A DNA stretch of 64,000 nt, from positions 67,504 to 131,503 of the forward strand of contig CAVULV010000003.1 in NCBI GenBank assembly GCA_963742445.1. Direction: 5' to 3'. Below are positions 61,789 to 64,000 of the stretch, in pieces. The translations under genes were made by a program, and so were the position numbers. Below the pieces are notes generated by a model. The model ran no database searches. It was not told where the DNA came from and saw nothing but the letters and a program-made list of their open reading frames with translations. Each line of letters starts with the position of its first letter. The first letter of the stretch is position 1. Source of the DNA: an uncultured Acidimicrobiaceae bacterium (GTDB taxonomy: Bacteria; Actinomycetota; Acidimicrobiia; Acidimicrobiales; RAAP-2).

Positions 61789-63097
61789 GCGCCGCCACCC
61801 TCGGCCAAGTGCTTCAGGTCGTCTGCGAAGCCGGGGTAGCTCGTTTCGACCGCACCGAACCCCGTGATCAGGCTGTGCTCCCCGGGACTCGCCGCCAGGG
61901 CGGCCACGGCCGCCGCCATGGCCATCCGGTGGTCGCCCCCACTGTCGAAGCGGGCGCCATGGAGCGCGCCGCCGACGCCGGTGATGGACGAGCGTGTCGC
62001 CTTCGACGGCGGCCGTGGCGCCGAAGGCCTCGACCATGGCGGCCACCGCCGCCAGCCGGTCGACCTCCTTGACCCGCAGCTCACCCATGCCGGTGAACAC
62101 GGTGGTGCCCTCGGCGACGGCGGCCGCCACGGCGAGGGCAGGGACCTCGTCGAGGGACGGGATCTCACTGGCTGGTGACCTCCGTGGCCTCGCAGCGGGC
62201 CCGAACGCGCCCGGATGGTCGCCGTACCCGGTGACTCCGGTTCGATCACGACGTCCGCGCCCATGCGTCGGAGCACCGAGACGTACCCGAGGCGGGCCGG
62301 ACCGCTGTACACCCCCGCCACGGCGACGTCGCTGCCCGGGACGACGCACCCGGCCACGACGAAGAAGGCCGACGCCGAGGGGTCGCCCGGCACGGTGCGC
62401 GAGACCGGCTCGAGGCTGGACGCCCTGACGCGCACGACTCTCCCCTCGCCCCAGGGCTCGACGGTGATGTCTGCCCCCGCCTCGGCCAGCATCTCCTCGG
62501 TGTGGGTGCGGGTCGTCACCGGCTCGCGCACGACCGTGGTGCCGCTCGCCGAGAGCCCGGCCAGAAGAATGGCCGACTTCACCTGGGCGCTGGCCATTTT
62601 GGCCGTCCAGTCGATGCCGTGCAGCCGGCCCCCCCGGACGCGCAGAGGCGGCAAGCATCTTCCCCCCGACCACTCACCTCGGCGCCCATCAGAGTGAGTG
62701 GTTCGGCGACCCGGTCCATGGGGCGGGTGGAGAGCGATGCGTCGCCGACGAGCACCGTTTCCCAGTCGAATCCGGCGACCAGCCCGGCCAGGAGGCGCAT
62801 GGACGTCCCGGAATTGCCGCAATCGGCCGGTCCGTCCGGCGCATGAAGACGACTACGACCACCCTGCAAGACGACTGCTCCGTCCTCGCGGTGCTCCACG
62901 CTCACGCCCATCGCCTCGACGGCCGCCAGGGACGCCGCAACGTCGGCGCCGTCCGACAACCCGTGAATGACCGACGTCCCCTCGGCCAGGGCGCCGAGCA
63001 ATACGGAGCGGTGGGAGATCGACTTCTCGCCCGGTGTGCGCACCGTGCCGCGACATGGCACGGCGCCGTGTACGACGAGGATCCGTGGCGCGCTCAT
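61789..63097 (-). CDS. aroA: 3-phosphoshikimate 1-carboxyvinyltransferase (EPSP synthase); about 3 frame breaks
   Basis: 'PGEKSISHRSVLLGALAEG', 'CGNSGTSMRLLAG', 'LSTRPMDRV', 'SAQVKSAILLAGL' and 'DHRMAMAAAVAAL' in three frames. Confidence 0.85.
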
Positions 63098-64000
63098 GAC
63101 AGATGCTCAGATCGGCACCGGTAGCCACGGGCCTCGATCGCAGCCGTGAGGGTGCCGGCGTCCGCGCCGTCGACCACCAGGATCAGCACCCCGCGCGGGC
63201 CCTCGGCCGAGTGGGCGATCTCGATGTCGTAGATGCCGATGCCGGCGTCGGCGGCCAGCGACGTGATCTCGGCCAGCACCCCGGCCCGGTCGGGGACGGG
63301 GATCCGCAGCTCGGCCAGATGATCCGGACGGACGACCCGGGCCGGGAGGTTCCTGCCGGGCCGCACTCGCCTTCTGGAGCACGCCGAGCAGCGCGTCCCG
63401 GTCCTGATTGGCGACGCGGTCCCGCATCGCCGTGAGGTCGTCGACGAGCGCGTCGAGCGCCTCCACGATGGGCGTTGCGTTCTCGGCGCAGATGTCCGGC
63501 CAGATACCCGGATGTCCGGCGGCAACACGCGTCATGTCGCGAAACCCACCCGCCGCGAGCCGCAGGAGGCCGCGTCCTGTTCGGCCCCGGCGCTGGCCGC
63601 GTTCATGAGCGTCGCGGCGACGAGGTGCGGCACGTGGGACACCATGGCCACCAGCCGGTCGTGGTCGGAGGGCGACAACACCAGCACGTCGGCCCCGAGG
63701 CTCATCACCACGCCCTTCAGCCGGTCGAAGGCCCCGAGATCGGTGGCTGCCGTCGGGGTCAGCACCCAGACGGCCCCCTCGAAGAGCTCGGGGTCGGCAC
63801 CGTGGAGGCCGATCTGCTCGGAGCCAGCCATGGGATGTCCCCCGATGAAGCGCGGGTGGTCAGACTCCTCCACGATCGCCGTCTTGACCCCGCTCACGTC
63901 GGTCACGACGAGATCGGGGTGTCGTCCCATTCTCGACGAAGGAGACGACCGGCAACGTCGGCGACTGCGGCGGCAGGGGTCGCGACGAACGCGACCTCGG
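63094..64000 (-). CDS. tyrA: Prephenate dehydrogenase with a C-terminal ACT domain; N-terminus outside the window, about 2 frame breaks
   Basis: 'FIGGHPMAGSE', 'HDRLVAMVSHVPHLVA' and ACT-like 'LRIPVPDRAGVLAEITSLAADAGIGIYDIEI'. The stop overlaps the aroA ATG (ATGA). Confidence 0.8.

Overview
High-G+C (about 70% by eye) actinobacterial-type chromosomal segment; the taxon is inferred from gene content only. The flanks (1-27.8 kb and 51.9-64 kb) carry core genes: fbiC, a LOG-family protein, an amidase, thpR, an acyl-CoA ligase, an SLT+NlpC/P60 hydrolase, marR, pgi, gltBD, thiOS, patatin, corA, a haloalkane dehalogenase and pspA on the left; an esterase, an AcpA-like phosphoesterase, der, a DUF512 protein, ispH, plsC, cmk, aroA and tyrA on the right. 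The centre (27.8-51.8 kb) is visibly lower in G+C and looks accessory. It holds (i) an ~11 kb envelope-glycosylation cluster (AftD-like GT-C, GT39/ArnT-like GT-C, an unknown 548-aa polytopic protein, a GT2 polyprenyl-phosphate-sugar-synthase-like enzyme, a GT4 and an FkbM methyltransferase), and (ii) a 12.8 kb patchwork delimited by six direct copies of the 3' end of tRNA-Pro(GGG), of which only the copy at 51795-51872 is an intact tRNA. The patchwork contains decayed WhiB-like genes, a ~700 bp near-identical duplicated module, an intact IS481-like element and a PilZ protein, but no site-specific recombinase. Three secreted multidomain proteins (2930-4462, 25294-27783, 44747-47506) share an uncharacterised 40-42 aa repeat ('[24 protein letters not shown]', about 6 copies each). 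In the third, the repeats are 126-bp units identical at nucleotide level. Caveat: conserved genes across the window need roughly 50-60 single-base frame corrections by my manual reconstruction, so many CDS boundaries are approximate and these disruptions are most likely sequence errors. All family assignments come from motif recognition by eye; no searches were run.
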